A DNA stretch of 64,000 nucleotides from Octopus vulgaris (GCA_951406725.2 OX597822.1:71858001-71922000), one strand, 5' to 3'; positions 27,034 to 41,139 are shown, counted from the stretch's first letter. Notes: generated from the sequence alone by a model not told the origin. Program-made: numbers and translations.

Positions 27034-27308
27034 TACATTATTTACATTGTCTACATTTGACGGATATTTGTCCTCATCTTGTTTGTTGTTAACACAACGT
27101 TTCGGCTAATATACCCTCCAGCCTTCTTCAGGTGTCTTGTGGAAATTTCGAACCGGGGTTCTCATTCCTAAGGTATTTTTCGATGTTATTATTATTATTA
27201 TTAGTAGTATTATTATTATTATTATTATTATTCAGGTCACTACCTGGAATCGAACTCGGAATCTTGGAGTTAGTAGCCCACGCTCTTAGCCACTACGCCA
27301 TATGCCTG
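27034..27308 (-). mobile_element. tRNA-headed SINE carrying a hammerhead ribozyme motif (copy 1)
   Basis: Minus strand: tggcgtagtggctaagagc (A box), gagttcgattcc (B box), (AAT)n, hammerhead motif, short aatgta repeats; 12-bp TSD tgtatttttata at 27022-27033 and 27309-27320. Confidence 0.8.
27091..27136 (-). ncRNA. Minimal type I hammerhead ribozyme motif
   Basis: gacac-CTGAAGA-a-ggctgg(agggtata)ttagcc-GAAAC-GTT-gtgtt: stem I gacac/gtgtt, 6-bp stem II with two G-U pairs, palindromic AACGTT at stem III. Activity not shown. Confidence 0.7.
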
Positions 27309-27790
27309 TGTATTTTTATAATTAAATACTATTAGGAAGTATATAAAAAAAGAAAAGATAATATTTTATATATTGTATAAATATAACCAATTTATTGCAG
27401 ATAAATTTTAACAATAAAATCTTCTATGGATCCCTAAGGGCCATATGGACCCGGATGTGAACCACTGATCTAATATGATTCAGTTCACATTTAATGTTGT
27501 CGGGAGTTGTGGTGGTGGTGGCGACGGTGAAGGTAATAGTGATTATGATAGGGGATGTGGTGGTCGGGGACGTGTTAATTTTGATTTGTTAAAGTTGGTG
27601 GTGGTGGTGGTGGTAGTGGTGGGGATGGTGGTGGTGAAGTGATTGTGGAGAGAGTGATGATGATCATCATAATTGTCGTGCTCCTGGTGTTGGTGTTGGT
27701 GTTGGTAGAGTAGAATGCCGCATGAATTTGGTGGTGGCATCAGTGAGGGCGAATGTAGCGTTTGTATTGCCATTTAACTTCGAATCAACT

Positions 27791-28120
27791 CGGAATGAGT
27801 CGAATGGGCGCGGCTGTTTCGGCGCTGGCGACTTGGCACGGCTGACTGGACGTTCTGCATGTTTTGGAAGACAGTACCTTTTAGCACTGCAGGCAAACAC
27901 TCGCGGACGCCTGCGCGTGCTCGTAGAAATATATATATATAGAGAGAGAAAAAATGTGAGGAGACAATACACATACATACATGCAAACAAGACTAGAAAG
28001 TCACACACATAAACAGAGAGAAGGAAGTGGAGAGAGAAATGGAAGGGAAGAAGAACGATAGAAACATTAAAATTTCTAATGTCAAATAAGTCAGCATCGA
28101 AACAGCGACTCAAAATAAGC
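27791..28120 (-). mobile_element. Degenerate copy of the unclassified element also at 34690-35467 and 60510-61198
   Basis: Shares the cggaatgag end and the gaaacattaaaat...tgtcaaataagtcagcatcgaaacagc segment. Confidence 0.55.
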
Positions 28121-28450
28121 AACGCTGTAACATCAGTGCTTATTCTGTCAGTCAGTTGCGTTGAACCACTAACGTTACGCGAACGGACATACACAAGCCA
28201 ACACCGGTTGTCAAGCGGTGAAGTGACGAACAAATACAGACACAAAGACATAAACACACACACATACACACATACGACAGGCTTCCTCACAGTTTCTGTC
28301 TACCAAAATTCGCTCACAAAGCATTGGTCGTCTTGGGGATTATAATACAAGATATTTCCTTAAGGTGGGACTGAACTGGAGACCGTGTGACTGCAAAGCG
28401 AGTTTCTTAACCACACAGCCATGCTTGCGACTGTATATTAAATTTTAACA

Positions 28451-28512
<62 letters not shown>

Positions 28513-29121
28513 CAATAATAACAATAATAAAGGACTGGCTCTCACCCTCGAATTTTAAGGATCGAAAACCATGGTTAACGGACCCAGTAAACCGTGTCTT
28601 TACAGACGAGACCAGCGGGACTCGATACATAGTTGAGCTGCACTCATAGAAAGAAGATGGATTCACTAAAGCAAGTAACGGAGCCATTTATCAGTTTAAC
28701 GGTATTGTTACTGCTTACAAAAGCGAACCATACAACTCGGTTGTAGCTAATTACATCTTAGTGGACTGGGACAGTTGAGAGTTAAACGTATTAGACATAC
28801 TCACTGCACATCGTCAGTGATAGGGTTAATAAACCGCAGTTATCTATGGTTCTCAAAACACATGACACGACTGAACTATTAAAAGAGGTTTTATGGTAAA
28901 GATTAGAGTTCTATATAATTATATGAGTTAATATATTTCCAGTATTATAGCTGAGCTTTATCAGCCAATATATAACTTTATCCGCGTCACTATGACGACC
29001 AATGATTATATGAACAGGTGAATGTCTGTGTGTGTCTGTGTGTATACAAATTCACACGCATATAGACATGTGAATGTGTGCACACACGTGTATATATGCA
29101 CACATTCACAGTTATGCGTCA

Positions 29122-29158
<37 letters not shown>

Positions 29159-29178
29159 CACATATACGCATAGCCTCG

Positions 29179-29214
<36 letters not shown>

Positions 29215-29432
29215 AACCAAAATAATATGAATAAAGAGATCTAGGCATGAAAATAGAGTTAATCATTTATTCTTCAAAAAGAGACATAGTAATTTCGAAG
29301 TTCAGTCTAAGACTGGGATTTCAAAATCGAAACAATATGAGAAACTTTGCTTAGTGAAACCTCAAATAATGATCATATGCTGACACGCCATGCTCACATG
29401 CGGGCACACACACACAAACTCTCACACACACT

Positions 29433-29469
<37 letters not shown>

Positions 29470-29604
29470 CACACACACACAGAAAAGAGAGAAAGAGGGA
29501 GAGAATGAGATGCGTTTTTGCGTTTCACGTCCACAATGTTTGTGTGTATGTGTGTGTATACACATTCATACATACATACATACATACATACATACATACA
29601 TACA

Positions 29605-29635
<31 letters not shown>

Positions 29636-30114
29636 TTACATACAAATTACTACAGATGGATTTATTTCACTACAGCTGTTTCAAACGTCTTTTCGTTGAT
29701 AAACAGAAGCTTTACACCGTACAAAAAGAAAAAAAAAACAGTTTTCATCCGGTGGATACATGTAAGAATAAAACAGTTTGAACATCTCTTTCAGTCAGAG
29801 AGTTTGAGTCGGTAGAGTCAAAATGGCGCTTGGTACTCCTTCTTGAGATGTTCAAAATGTTCTTGAGCACTCCACAAGCATGTGTACTCTCAACGAAGTT
29901 CTCAAGGACATGCAGTGTGACACATTTTTTGCTACCTTAGTGAATTGGACTAACGTGAAATAGTGTTTTAAACAAGGACACAATTCTGCCAGGAATTGAA
30001 CTCAAGACCTTACGATCGTGAACCGAATGTCATAGACCATTAAATCATGCGTCTACATTATATATATATATATATATAATGGACCTTTAATAATACAGTA
30101 TATATATATATATA

Positions 30115-30400
30115 TTATGCAGGAAAAGGATCCCATCAACTTTAAACAGAGTCTGGATAGATTCCTTCAAAGAATACCAGATAAGCCACCCATAATTGGA
30201 TACAACTCACCCAACAAGAACTCACTACTTGAACAAAACTGGATACAACTCACCCAACGAGAACTCACTACTTGAAAAAAACTTGACTTAAACAAAACTT
30301 GACTTAAACAGGATTCGAATAATCCTATCAGGTGGTGCTATTAAGTTAGACATGGCCTGGACCAATCTTTGGTCGAAACATATCTAAGTTTATCTAAGTT
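30115..30400 (+). mobile_element. 3' end of a CR1-type LINE (different subfamily)
   Basis: Encodes FKQSLDRFLQRIPDKPP..GY...NKNSLL; internal ~40-bp tandem duplication; tail (tatctaagtt)x2. Confidence 0.6.
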
Positions 30401-30675
30401 TATATATATTTCATTATTCATTTTTTCATTCTCTCTCTATTTTCTTTCATTTCTTTCTGTTGAAAAGTATAGGCTCGAAACGTAAAAGACTTTTTCATTT
30501 TTCCCGAGCGTCAAACTATTACGCTTGCTTGCTGTTCATGCGGTTACAGGTATTGATAACGTTCATTCTCCCTTTTCTCATTAGGAAGTACGCGACTCAG
30601 TCTATCACCTTTATCGATCTTGCTAAGTTGATCCCGAATCCTCCATTCGGTCTCTTTAACTTGACCTTACTTTAT

Positions 30676-31087
30676 AGGCGCAGGAGTGGCTGTGTGGTAA
30701 GTAACTTGCTAACCAACCACATGGTTCCGGGTTCAGTCACACTGCGTGGCATCTTGGGCAAGTGTCTTCTGCTACAGCCCCGGGCCGACCAAAGCCTTGT
30801 GAGTGGATTTGGTAGACGGAAACTGAAAGAAGCCTGTCGTATATATGTATATATTTATAAATATGCGTGTGTGTGTTTGTGTGTCTGTGTTTGTCCCCCT
30901 AGCATTGCTTGACAACCGATGCTGGTGTGCTTACGTCCCCGTCACTTAGCGGTTCGGCAGAAGAGACCGATAGAATAAGTACTGGGCTTACAAAGAATAA
31001 GTCCTGGGGTCGATTTACTCGATTAAAGGCGGTGCTCCAGCATGGCCGCAGTCAAATGACTGAAACAAGTGAAAGAGTGAAAGAGTG
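30676..31087 (+). mobile_element. SINE family B, full length
   Basis: Family B head and (gtgaaaga)n tail; sits between inverted pLTR-like repeats at 30403-30545 and ~31135-31280. Confidence 0.9.
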
Positions 31088-31274
31088 ATATATATATATA
31101 TATAGTTGAAATTTAAAGAAAAACAAAAGACGAAGACAGGTGCATGAACAGCAAGCAAGTGTATTAGTTTGACGCTCGGGAAAAATGAAAGAAGTCTTTT
31201 ACGTTTCGAGCCTATACTTTTCAACAGAAAGAAATGAAAGAAAATAGAGAGAGAATGAAAAAATGAATAATGAA

Positions 31275-31324
<50 letters not shown>

Positions 31325-31820
31325 CAACAACAACAACAACAACTTATGTTATGACTCAAATGGGAAATTACGTTCTGTCTGAAATTGGGCGTCGTCTCAT
31401 CATGATTTGCGTCTTTGACTGGAGTCGGTATGAAGTAGTCATCGCAATAAAATACAACAATAACAGCTAAATATACATGCAACCACAGAATGATATATTC
31501 CTTTCTCTCTCTCTCTCTCTCAGTATATAGTTGTGTGCATGTGTGTGTGTGTTATGTAGGTAGATTAAAAGGTAAATCCAAGCTAGCTTCTGTATACATG
31601 TGTGTGTGTGTATGTGTACATACACACACACACACGCGCGCACACATACACACACATATACGTGTAAGTGGTCAGATGAAAGGTAAAGGGCATTCAACAT
31701 ATTTAGTAGGAGTTACATATATTATTATTTAAAAACAGCTTGATTCGGCTCTAAGCGACTTAAAGTTTCACGGGCCTCTAATAGATATTTATAATAATGA
31801 TAATAATAATAATAATAATG

Positions 31821-31879
<59 letters not shown>

Positions 31880-31880
<1 letters not shown>

Positions 31881-32438
31881 TGCCCTGATGCAGTACCAAG
31901 CAATGGCTCTCGTGGCTTCTGATCTTAACTGATTAGAAGTGTTATCATGTACATTGTTTTGTCTTGGTATAAATAAAAGATGGGCTACAGCAACTATTCT
32001 GCTCAATACCAAAGATTTACTTGTCAGTTGTTTGACCTTAACCAGTTGACCACGTCCCTAAGTGGCTGACGATATGTGTATTTCTGATCACGAATAGGAG
32101 TAGTGGGTAGCATCATAGCCGTGTGTTGAAAAGAATTCTTAGAGGTTTGGATAATTCACCTTTGGAAACATGGGTGGTTCGTTCAACATCCTTAAACAAT
32201 CCTTATTCAGGGACCTTTTGAGCGGGATGGGTTACTCGACCAGAAGAAAATTCTAACTGGGCCCCACCTGCAAGGTCATGTGCTGTTTATCTTGATATGA
32301 GATCACCATGTCGCTCACATATGGTTGTGATGCATGTGCCTGGCGTACCCTTATCAGATGGGTAGTCATGATGGGTATACTGGGCTTCGTATATTTTACC
32401 CCGGTGTCACTTTGATGACATACACTGCTCTCTCATTC

Positions 32439-32440
<2 letters not shown>
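31880..32440 (-). mobile_element. ~550-bp non-coding element embedded in (AAT)n (family D)
   Basis: Highly similar second copy at 43353-43878; (AAT)n on both sides; no TIR or tRNA boxes seen. Orientation inferred. Confidence 0.7.
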
Positions 32441-32507
<67 letters not shown>

Positions 32508-33332
32508 AAGAAGAAGAAGAAGAAGAATTTCTGCACAAGGCCTGAAATTTGGGTTCAGGGTACAATGACAATAATTACCCGGATGCAATACCAGGCTCCC
32601 GTGGCTTTTGATCTTAACTGAATGGAAGTGTACTCATGAACCCCATTTGTGTTCTTCTTTATATGTACGCTACATTTGGAACCATCCCTCAGTTGCATTG
32701 GTACTTATTTGTAAGTATACACCTATATATGTATATCGAACGCCACGCATCCATTTCCAAGTAAGTTTTATCTTAATGGTTCTGGTGCGCACTCTACAAC
32801 TGTCTCTATTCTCCTTCTGTTATTCTCCTTTCTTTCTGTTTTTCTTCTCATCCCCCTTCACTGTTCTCTTTCTCTCCCTCTCTCTCCCTCACTCTTCCTC
32901 CTTGACTCTCTCCGTTGTTCGCACGTGACCGACGGCTATCATTCTTTTTTCCTCTTGCTTTACAAGAGACAGGACACACTTTTGCCTGTCTCCTGTCAGG
33001 GCTCGTTTCTCCAGCGTTCACCACTTCACCTTGTTGTCGCTTAACAGCACTTACCGTTTGTTTTTACTGTTTTGTTCTTATTCTCTTGTTTTTGTTGCCA
33101 CTTTATCCCTCTGCAAATCCCAAATTTTGTTTAGTTTTCTTGGCGGGAGCGACTGTTTTGGCGAGGTCACGTTTTGTCCCAACGATCGTAATGCGGAGTG
33201 GATGAAAGAGGGGACAGCTGATGAAGGGATTATTCTTTGTGTTGCCTGTCTCGTTTCTCCTTTTGTTCACGTTTTTTATGTCTTGTATCCATATAAGCAT
33301 GTATGTGTGTATATATGCATATATATTATTTG

Positions 33333-33375
<43 letters not shown>

Positions 33376-33449
33376 CTGTGTGTATACACACACACATATA
33401 TATACATATATATATACATACATACATAATTATATATATATACACACAC

Positions 33450-33499
<50 letters not shown>

Positions 33500-33524
33500 G
33501 CACGCACACACACATATGCAAAGT

Positions 33525-33830
33525 GTAAAGACCCCTTCGATCACAAATGACCATGGGATTACACCTAGAAAGTTCCCCTCCGAGGCAAAGTCCGAGCAAG
33601 CTTGTTTATGGAAGAATCAGCAGTCGCCCATGCACACCAGCCTCCCCTCTCCACACCACCGATGTTATCCAAGAGAAAGGCAAAAGGGCCGATACATCTT
33701 GGCACCAGTGACCTGGCAACTCATTTCTACATTTGAGTGAACTGGAGCAACATGAAATAAAGTATCTTACTCAAGAACACAACACACAACCTGGTCTGGG
33801 AATCGAACTCAGAACCACATGATTGTAACC
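33525..33830 (-). mobile_element. Degenerate tRNA-derived SINE (another family)
   Basis: Minus-strand B box gagttcgattccc followed by gtgttcttgagtaagatactttatttcatgttgctccag, a CORE-like central segment shared with family C. Confidence 0.6.
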
Positions 33831-34048
33831 TCGATATACATGCATACATATATACAGAAATACATACATGTATGTGTGTGTGTGTGTGTGTGGATGTTTA
33901 TGAGTGTATATATACATACTTATAGTGTACTACCAACAAATGACAAATGTGAGTTGCTTCAACTGGCTGTACGTTCAACAACCAATCCTGGCGCCCTACA
34001 TGTTGATATGCCTAGATTCTAACGAATCCTGCAACCCTTCTTTATATA

Positions 34049-34166
34049 AGGTCGCCGAATCTTAATCTGTTATCATTCAAAGGATCTACGCAATTTCGCA
34101 CCTTGGCGCCTAGGTGCGAAATTGTGTAGATCCTTTGAACGATAGCTAATGAGGATTTGGCGACTT
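34049..34166. repeat. ~118-bp palindrome
   Basis: Inner 34071-34144 pairs with 3 mismatches and essentially no loop (centre ggc|gcc); outer aggtcgccgaatc / gatttggcgactt shares the same centre. Confidence 0.85.
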
Positions 34167-34689
34167 TTTGCATATGTTTTCCGTTATATTATATATATTA
34201 TATATTTTGTGGTTTTTAAAATTTATTATTTAAGGGAACGCCACGCGCCGTCTTTAATTTGGTTTACAGTAAGTGAATTTACACACGCACATACACACAT
34301 ATTGGTGCATGCGTGGTTGTGTGGTAAAGAAGCTTGCTTCGAAACTATACGGTCTTATGTTCCGAGTCAGTAAACAGCATCTTGGGCAAGTGTCTTCTAG
34401 TACAGCCCGGGGCTGACCAATTCTTAGTAAGTAAATGTAGTAGACAGTAACTAATAGAAGTCTGTCGTATATATGTACTTTCGTATGTATGTATGGGTGT
34501 CTCTGTAGTGTGTTAACTCTCAGTCACCGCCTGACAGCTGCTGTTGGTTTGATTGCGTCCAAGTAACTTAGCGATATAGTAAAAGGGAAGCGGTAGAATA
34601 AATACCAGCCGTAAGCACTAAACGCTTCAAGGTGCCCTAGCATGGCTGCAGTTCAATAATTAAAAATGCTTAATAAGGGTTGACTTGAC

Positions 34690-35467
34690 TATGAGATTTT
34701 TGGCGCAGCCGCTTTGGTGCATCCACTTTGGCGCCACCTACTTGGCACTGCTGTTTCGACGCTGACTTATTTGACATCAAACATTTTAATGTTTCCGTTT
34801 TCTCCCTCACTCTCTGACACACGCACGCGCACACTCTCTCTTTCTTTCGCTCTCTCTCTCTCTCTCTCTTGCGCTCTCACCCTCTCACTTTCTTCCTCCT
34901 TCTTACCTCTCTGTCTTTCTCACTGTGTGTGCGCATCTTCCCGTACATTCTATCTTTCGTATCAATCAATAAGAATATGTTTGTATGTACTGTATATATA
35001 TCTGTCTCATTCTCTCTTTCTCTTCTCTCTCTTTCTCTCCAACTTTTCTTCCCTACCCCTCTCTTACTCTCCCTTCCTCCCTCTCTCTCTCTTTCCCTCT
35101 CACTCTTTCTGCGTGTGTATTTTTTTGCGCGCGTGTATGTGTGTACGTGTGCGCGCGCGTATGAATGTAAATGTGTGCGTGTGTGTATATGTGTATCCGT
35201 GTGTGCGTGCATGCGTATGTGTGTGTATGCATGTGTGCGCGTGTCTGTTTGAGCGTTTGTATGTATATATATGCTTGTATGTATGTGCGTACGTATGTGT
35301 GTATGTATAAGTGTGTGTGAGTGTTTCTGTGGGGGGGGGGGGGGGTACGCATGCGTTTGCTTCCAGCGCCAAAATGTTTCGTCGCCAAAACAAGGTTGAA
35401 TGTCCAGTCAGCCGTGTGAAAATGTCTGCGTCCAAACAATTTCGTCCCCAAAAAATCTTTCATTCCG
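34690..35467 (+). mobile_element. Unclassified non-autonomous DNA-transposon-like element with 14-bp subterminal repeats
   Basis: Ends tatgagat... and ...tcattccg mirror those of 60510-61198 (reverse complement); internal (CT)n and (GT)n. Confidence 0.6.
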
Positions 35468-35589
35468 GATTTACTTGAAGCTGAATAACCACAAGACAAA
35501 CGTTACATTCACCATTTTACAAATGCCATCAACAAAATTGTATTGCATTCTTCTACTTTTGCCAACATCACCATATGCTGCACAACCGC

Positions 35590-37320
35590 CGTCCCCACGA
35601 CACTCATAACCACCACCACCACCACCACTACCACCACCGCTACTACCACCACTACCACTATAACCACCACCACCACCACCACTACCACCACCGCTACTAC
35701 CACCACTACCACTACCACCACTATTACCACCACCATCACCACTATTACTACAAACACCGCCACCACCACCAACACCACCAACACCACCATCAGTACTGAA
35801 ATTGTTACTGCCAAAACCAACCAAAACCAACATTTTCAGAAGTACCATATATTCCACCATCATCATCACCATCATCACCATGACCATGACCATCACCACC
35901 ACTATCACCACCATCATCATTACCATCTCCATTACCACTTGCACCACCGCCACCACTACCAACAACAAGAGAAACATCGCCATCACCTCCATCATCAACA
36001 TGAACACCATTACTACCTCCACCACTACTACGACCATCACCACCACCACCACCACCCACAACCACCATCACCATGACTCCCGTCAATACAGAAAAAAAGA
36101 CAATGGTCATCCGCCCCCAACCTCAGTGCTATATTCTGCCAATCCAACCATTTTACTCTACTCAAAGAATGGCGAATGGTTAGTGTCTTTCTTAAAATAC
36201 AACCGTCTTCACCACCACCACCACCATCACTACCACCAACACAACCACCATCACTACTACCAACACAACCAACACCAACACCACCACAACTAACACCAAC
36301 ACCACCACCATCACTACCACCAACACAACCAACACCAACACCACCACAACTAACACCAACACCAGCACTACCACACCATCAGCACCACCACTACCACCAC
36401 CACCACCACTACCTGAAACACAACCACTACTGCCGTCACCTATACCAACACAATCATCACCATCACCAACCCATCCCCTACCACCAACCCATCCCTTACC
36501 ACCAACCCATCCCCACCACCACCATGGCCACCACCTTCACCGCCACCAAAACATCTATCGCCATGATTACCATTCAAACACCATGACCACCACCACCACC
36601 ACCACCACCACCCACACCACCACCACCACCACCATCATCATCATCATAATTATCATCATCATCACCACCATCACCACCACCATGACCACCACCTTCACCG
36701 CCACCAACACATCTATCGCCATGACTACCATTCAAACACCATGACCACCACCACCACCACCAACAACAACAACGTCCCTACGGCCATCATCACTACCATC
36801 ACCTACACCTCTATCACCATGACCACCGCACCAAAACCACCAACAACGACTCCTACAACATCAGTATCACCATCCACATCGACACCACCACTTTCACCAC
36901 CACCACCACCACCGCTACAAGTACTACAACCCAACACAACCTCCCTCCCTCTCTTTCTCCCTCTCTCTCTCTCTCTCTCTCTCTACCACCACCACCCCTC
37001 CACCATCGCGCTACCATCATCAAAGCCAGAGATTCATTACAATAGTGGGCTACCATTCAGAACTATTTATTAATTGAACCAGAAAGATGTTTGCGTAGTC
37101 GTCTTAGTATTACTACCACTGGGACCAACAACACAACGGCTGAACACTTCGCCATCGTCGTCCAACACCGCTGCTACAACCACACAAAACACATACAAAC
37201 ACCATCACCATCACCACCACCACCATCACCACCACCACCACCACCACCACCACCACCACCGACGACAACAACAACAACAACGTCGCCACCGTCACCGCCT
37301 TCCTTACCACTTCCACCGTT
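35590..37320. repeat. Long degenerate (CAC/CAT/TAC/AAC)n trinucleotide field
   Basis: Directly visible, with higher-order duplications (e.g. ccaccaccttcaccgccaccaa.acatctatcgccatga.taccattcaaacaccatgacc twice); a (GGT)n tract on the other strand at 38560-38720. Confidence 0.9.
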
Positions 37321-37487
37321 ACTGATTATTTGTCTAATTTCTTCCTTTATCTTGCAGCCAAAGACATACGTATGTGTATGTGTGTGAATTTATGCACACA
37401 CACACTAACACACAAACACACACACACACACGCACACATATACCTACACATATATATATATGTATATATATGCACATACATATACAT

Positions 37488-37558
<71 letters not shown>

Positions 37559-37561
37559 ATA

Positions 37562-37593
<32 letters not shown>

Positions 37594-37712
37594 CTCACAC
37601 ACATGTGTGTGTAAATATTAACATACGTATGTAGATATGAATATATATATATATACATATACATATATAATGTATATATGCATATGTGTGTACGTATGCA
37701 TATATATATATT

Positions 37713-37782
<70 letters not shown>

Positions 37783-38422
37783 TATTTAGGGATGTACGCA
37801 TGTGTGTGTGTGTGTGTATAGTGTAATTATGTATATGTTCATATGCATACATATGCATGAATATATTTATATAGACATACACAGATTCTTATGTGAATAT
37901 GAGCGTGTGTGTATGTGTGTCTGTGGTGTGTGTGCGTGTGTGTAACTTTATGTATGTCTTTATCGCGCCGTTATGCCAGAATAAAAGATTTTTACAGCTG
38001 TAATCGGCTGAATGCAATCTTTGTGTGTGTGTGTGTAGAGAGAGAGAAGATGGGGGCGGGGGAAAGAATGACGAGAAGAAAATAAATAAATCGAAAATTA
38101 ATCTAGCCAAGCTTTAAATTAAATTATTAAATAAAGGCGAAAATATATAAATAAACTATAAAACATTGCATATGCATATGTACATATATGTATGTACGTG
38201 TGTGTATATGTGTAGTTGTATGTTTGTTGTATGTGCGAAGATAAAGACAGCAAAGAGAAGAAAAGGAAGGTTTTATTTATATCAAGTAATAAAGGAACAC
38301 ACATCGTTTCTGCGTTAGGCTTGTGTTGCTGCTATCTTACTTCGGCAATCCTCTTAAACGTGATTATATTATTTCATTGATTTTAAATGAAACGAAGATG
38401 GTGTTATTTAACATACATACAT

Positions 38423-38456
<34 letters not shown>

Positions 38457-38966
38457 GAACGTATGTATGTATGTATGTATGTCTGAGTATATATATATAT
38501 ATATATATATCACTTTTTTTTCTCTTTTATGAAGTCGGCTATTGAAGGTGTTGATGATGTAGGTGGTGGTGGTGGTGGTGGCGGTGGCGGTGGCGGCGGC
38601 GGCTGTGGTGGTGGTGGTGGTGGTAGCGGTCGTCGTCGTTGTTGTAGTGGTGGTGGTGGTCGTCATCATTTTGGTGATGGTGGTGGTGGTAGTGGTGGTG
38701 GTAATGGTGGTGGCGGCAGTTTTGTGGGTGATCAGGGAATGTTAATATCAATATAGGTGTGTAATTATTGATATTTGCACGTTTGTGTGTGTTTGTGTGT
38801 ATGAGCGTGTGTGTGTGCGTTCACTTATGTATGTATTTATGGATGTGTATGAGTGTACATATAAATGGATGAGTTGAGGGTGGGATGTACACATGTATGT
38901 ACCTATATATGCATATTTTGGACATACATATGTTATACACACATTTATGTACATACATATCTATAC

Positions 38967-39043
<77 letters not shown>

Positions 39044-39207
39044 GTATGTATGTATGTATGTGTGTATGTTTTATGTATATTCATATCCACATTAATTGCA
39101 ATTGTTCGGTCGCACGCACATGAACAATTTTAATTTCATATATACATATGTATATAAATATGTGTGTATGTGTGTGTGTATACACACACACACACACGTA
39201 CAGAGGG

Positions 39208-39256
<49 letters not shown>

Positions 39257-39271
39257 AAGAGAAAGACGGAC

Positions 39272-39366
<95 letters not shown>

Positions 39367-40283
39367 TCTATCATCCTCCAACCTCCACCACTACCAACAC
39401 CACCACCACCACCACTACCAACACCACCACCACCACCACCACCGCTACTACTATCATCATTAGTTTGACTTCCATTTTTCATGCGCGCTTTCTATGAATG
39501 CTTATAATTTTTCCGTCTGCTGCCAGATTTCAACTAAATCTCATCATTTTCATGAATATATTATATCCAAATTCTGCTTAAACATCCCATCAACCCATCA
39601 TGTTTCGGATCTTTCTAATTCTTACACCTTCATATAAGACATCTTACAAACATTTTTCATTCCGTGAGTAGCAGTCTTGTTTGTTAAAAACGAAGTAAGA
39701 AATTTGATTGATGGATTCATTCGAAAACAAATCCCATTTGAATAATTATTTACTTATATATTAATCAGTCGAAATTGCGAGGATGATCCTGTTCTTGACT
39801 GAAGATTGAAGGCTTTGAATGACCCGTCCGTGTTTTTTGTATCGTCTTCTGAATGTTTTGCGTTCTTGTTTCATTTTGTATTTATATATATATATATTAA
39901 AGCTAGTAAAACCATCACCTGCTACTTTATAACTCACCCTACTTTGTTTTCGGGCATTGGACTGCGGCCATGTTGGTGTACGGCTATGTTTGGTGGCCTT
40001 GAACGGTGCTTTTTAGTCAAACAGATTGACTGCAGTATTTATGTTTTTCGGTTTTTTTGTTTTTGCATTTTTTAGAGTCTAGCCCTTATTCTATTGATCC
40101 CTTATGACGAACCGCTAAGTGACAGAGATGTAAACAAATCAACTCCGGTTCTTAGGCAGTGTAGAGAGGGAAACAAACATTGACACAAAAACATACACAG
40201 ACGCATTTACGCATATATGTACATATGTATGTATGTAAACTTACTTGCAAAGGAATGCGTCGCGTTCAGTTAAATAACAAATA

Positions 40284-40347
<64 letters not shown>

Positions 40348-40549
40348 ATATATATATATGGGTAGAGGACGTCACCAACGGTGCAAATAGCATGAAGTAT
40401 GTAAACAACGAGAAAAAATGGAAAAGAGGACAAATAAACACAGAGAAAGGACCCTTCATCAGTTGTCCTTTCTCTGTGTTTACTTGTCCTCTTTTCCATT
40501 TGTTTTCTCGTTATTTACGTATTTCGTGAAGTCTTGTACCCATATATGC

Positions 40550-40617
<68 letters not shown>

Positions 40618-41139
40618 ATTTACAATTTATTATATATGTATGTACATATATGTCTTAGCAGAAACACTTGTCGTTGACTGGGTTGAAAAGAGCTGACAAA
40701 ATTATACTATGAATATGGAAAATTATTCACTTAGATTTTATTGAACATATATAAGAAATGGCTCTTATTGCTGTGAACTTTCACGTAGATGATAGAGTTG
40801 TATCCTTCTGGCCGACATATTGAAAATGACTGTCAACTTTCATTTGGACGATAGAGCTGTTTCCTTCTAGCCAGTATCATCATGGGTGCATATAAACCTC
40901 TGAACTATGATCTCTTGTATTTCAGTCTATAAATGAAGCAAACATCGCACAGATTTTGGCTTATGTCTAGTAAAAGATAACTAAATATAAGTTTGGGGAA
41001 AACTAAAAATATATGTATTATAATTTATAACTTATTTAACTTAGGTATTACAACGAACGAAAATACGAATAGCTTTTCTTAGACGAATATAGTATAAAGT
41101 TGACAATATCAATTTAAAGTTATTATTCATTCTGCTATC

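Larger units (their letters stand above)
26439..27467. mobile_element. hAT (Charlie-like) MITE containing a SINE B (26515-26992, minus) and the hammerhead SINE
   Basis: cagtggttctcaacc start and gtgaaccactg end; related to the MITE at 1069-1681; TSD not preserved. Confidence 0.65.

Noticed and set aside
35471-37387. Poly-His, poly-Thr (mucin-like), poly-Pro and poly-Gly ORFs
   Set aside because: Open in several frames on both strands because of (CAC)n-type repeats; no splice structure or unique domain seen.
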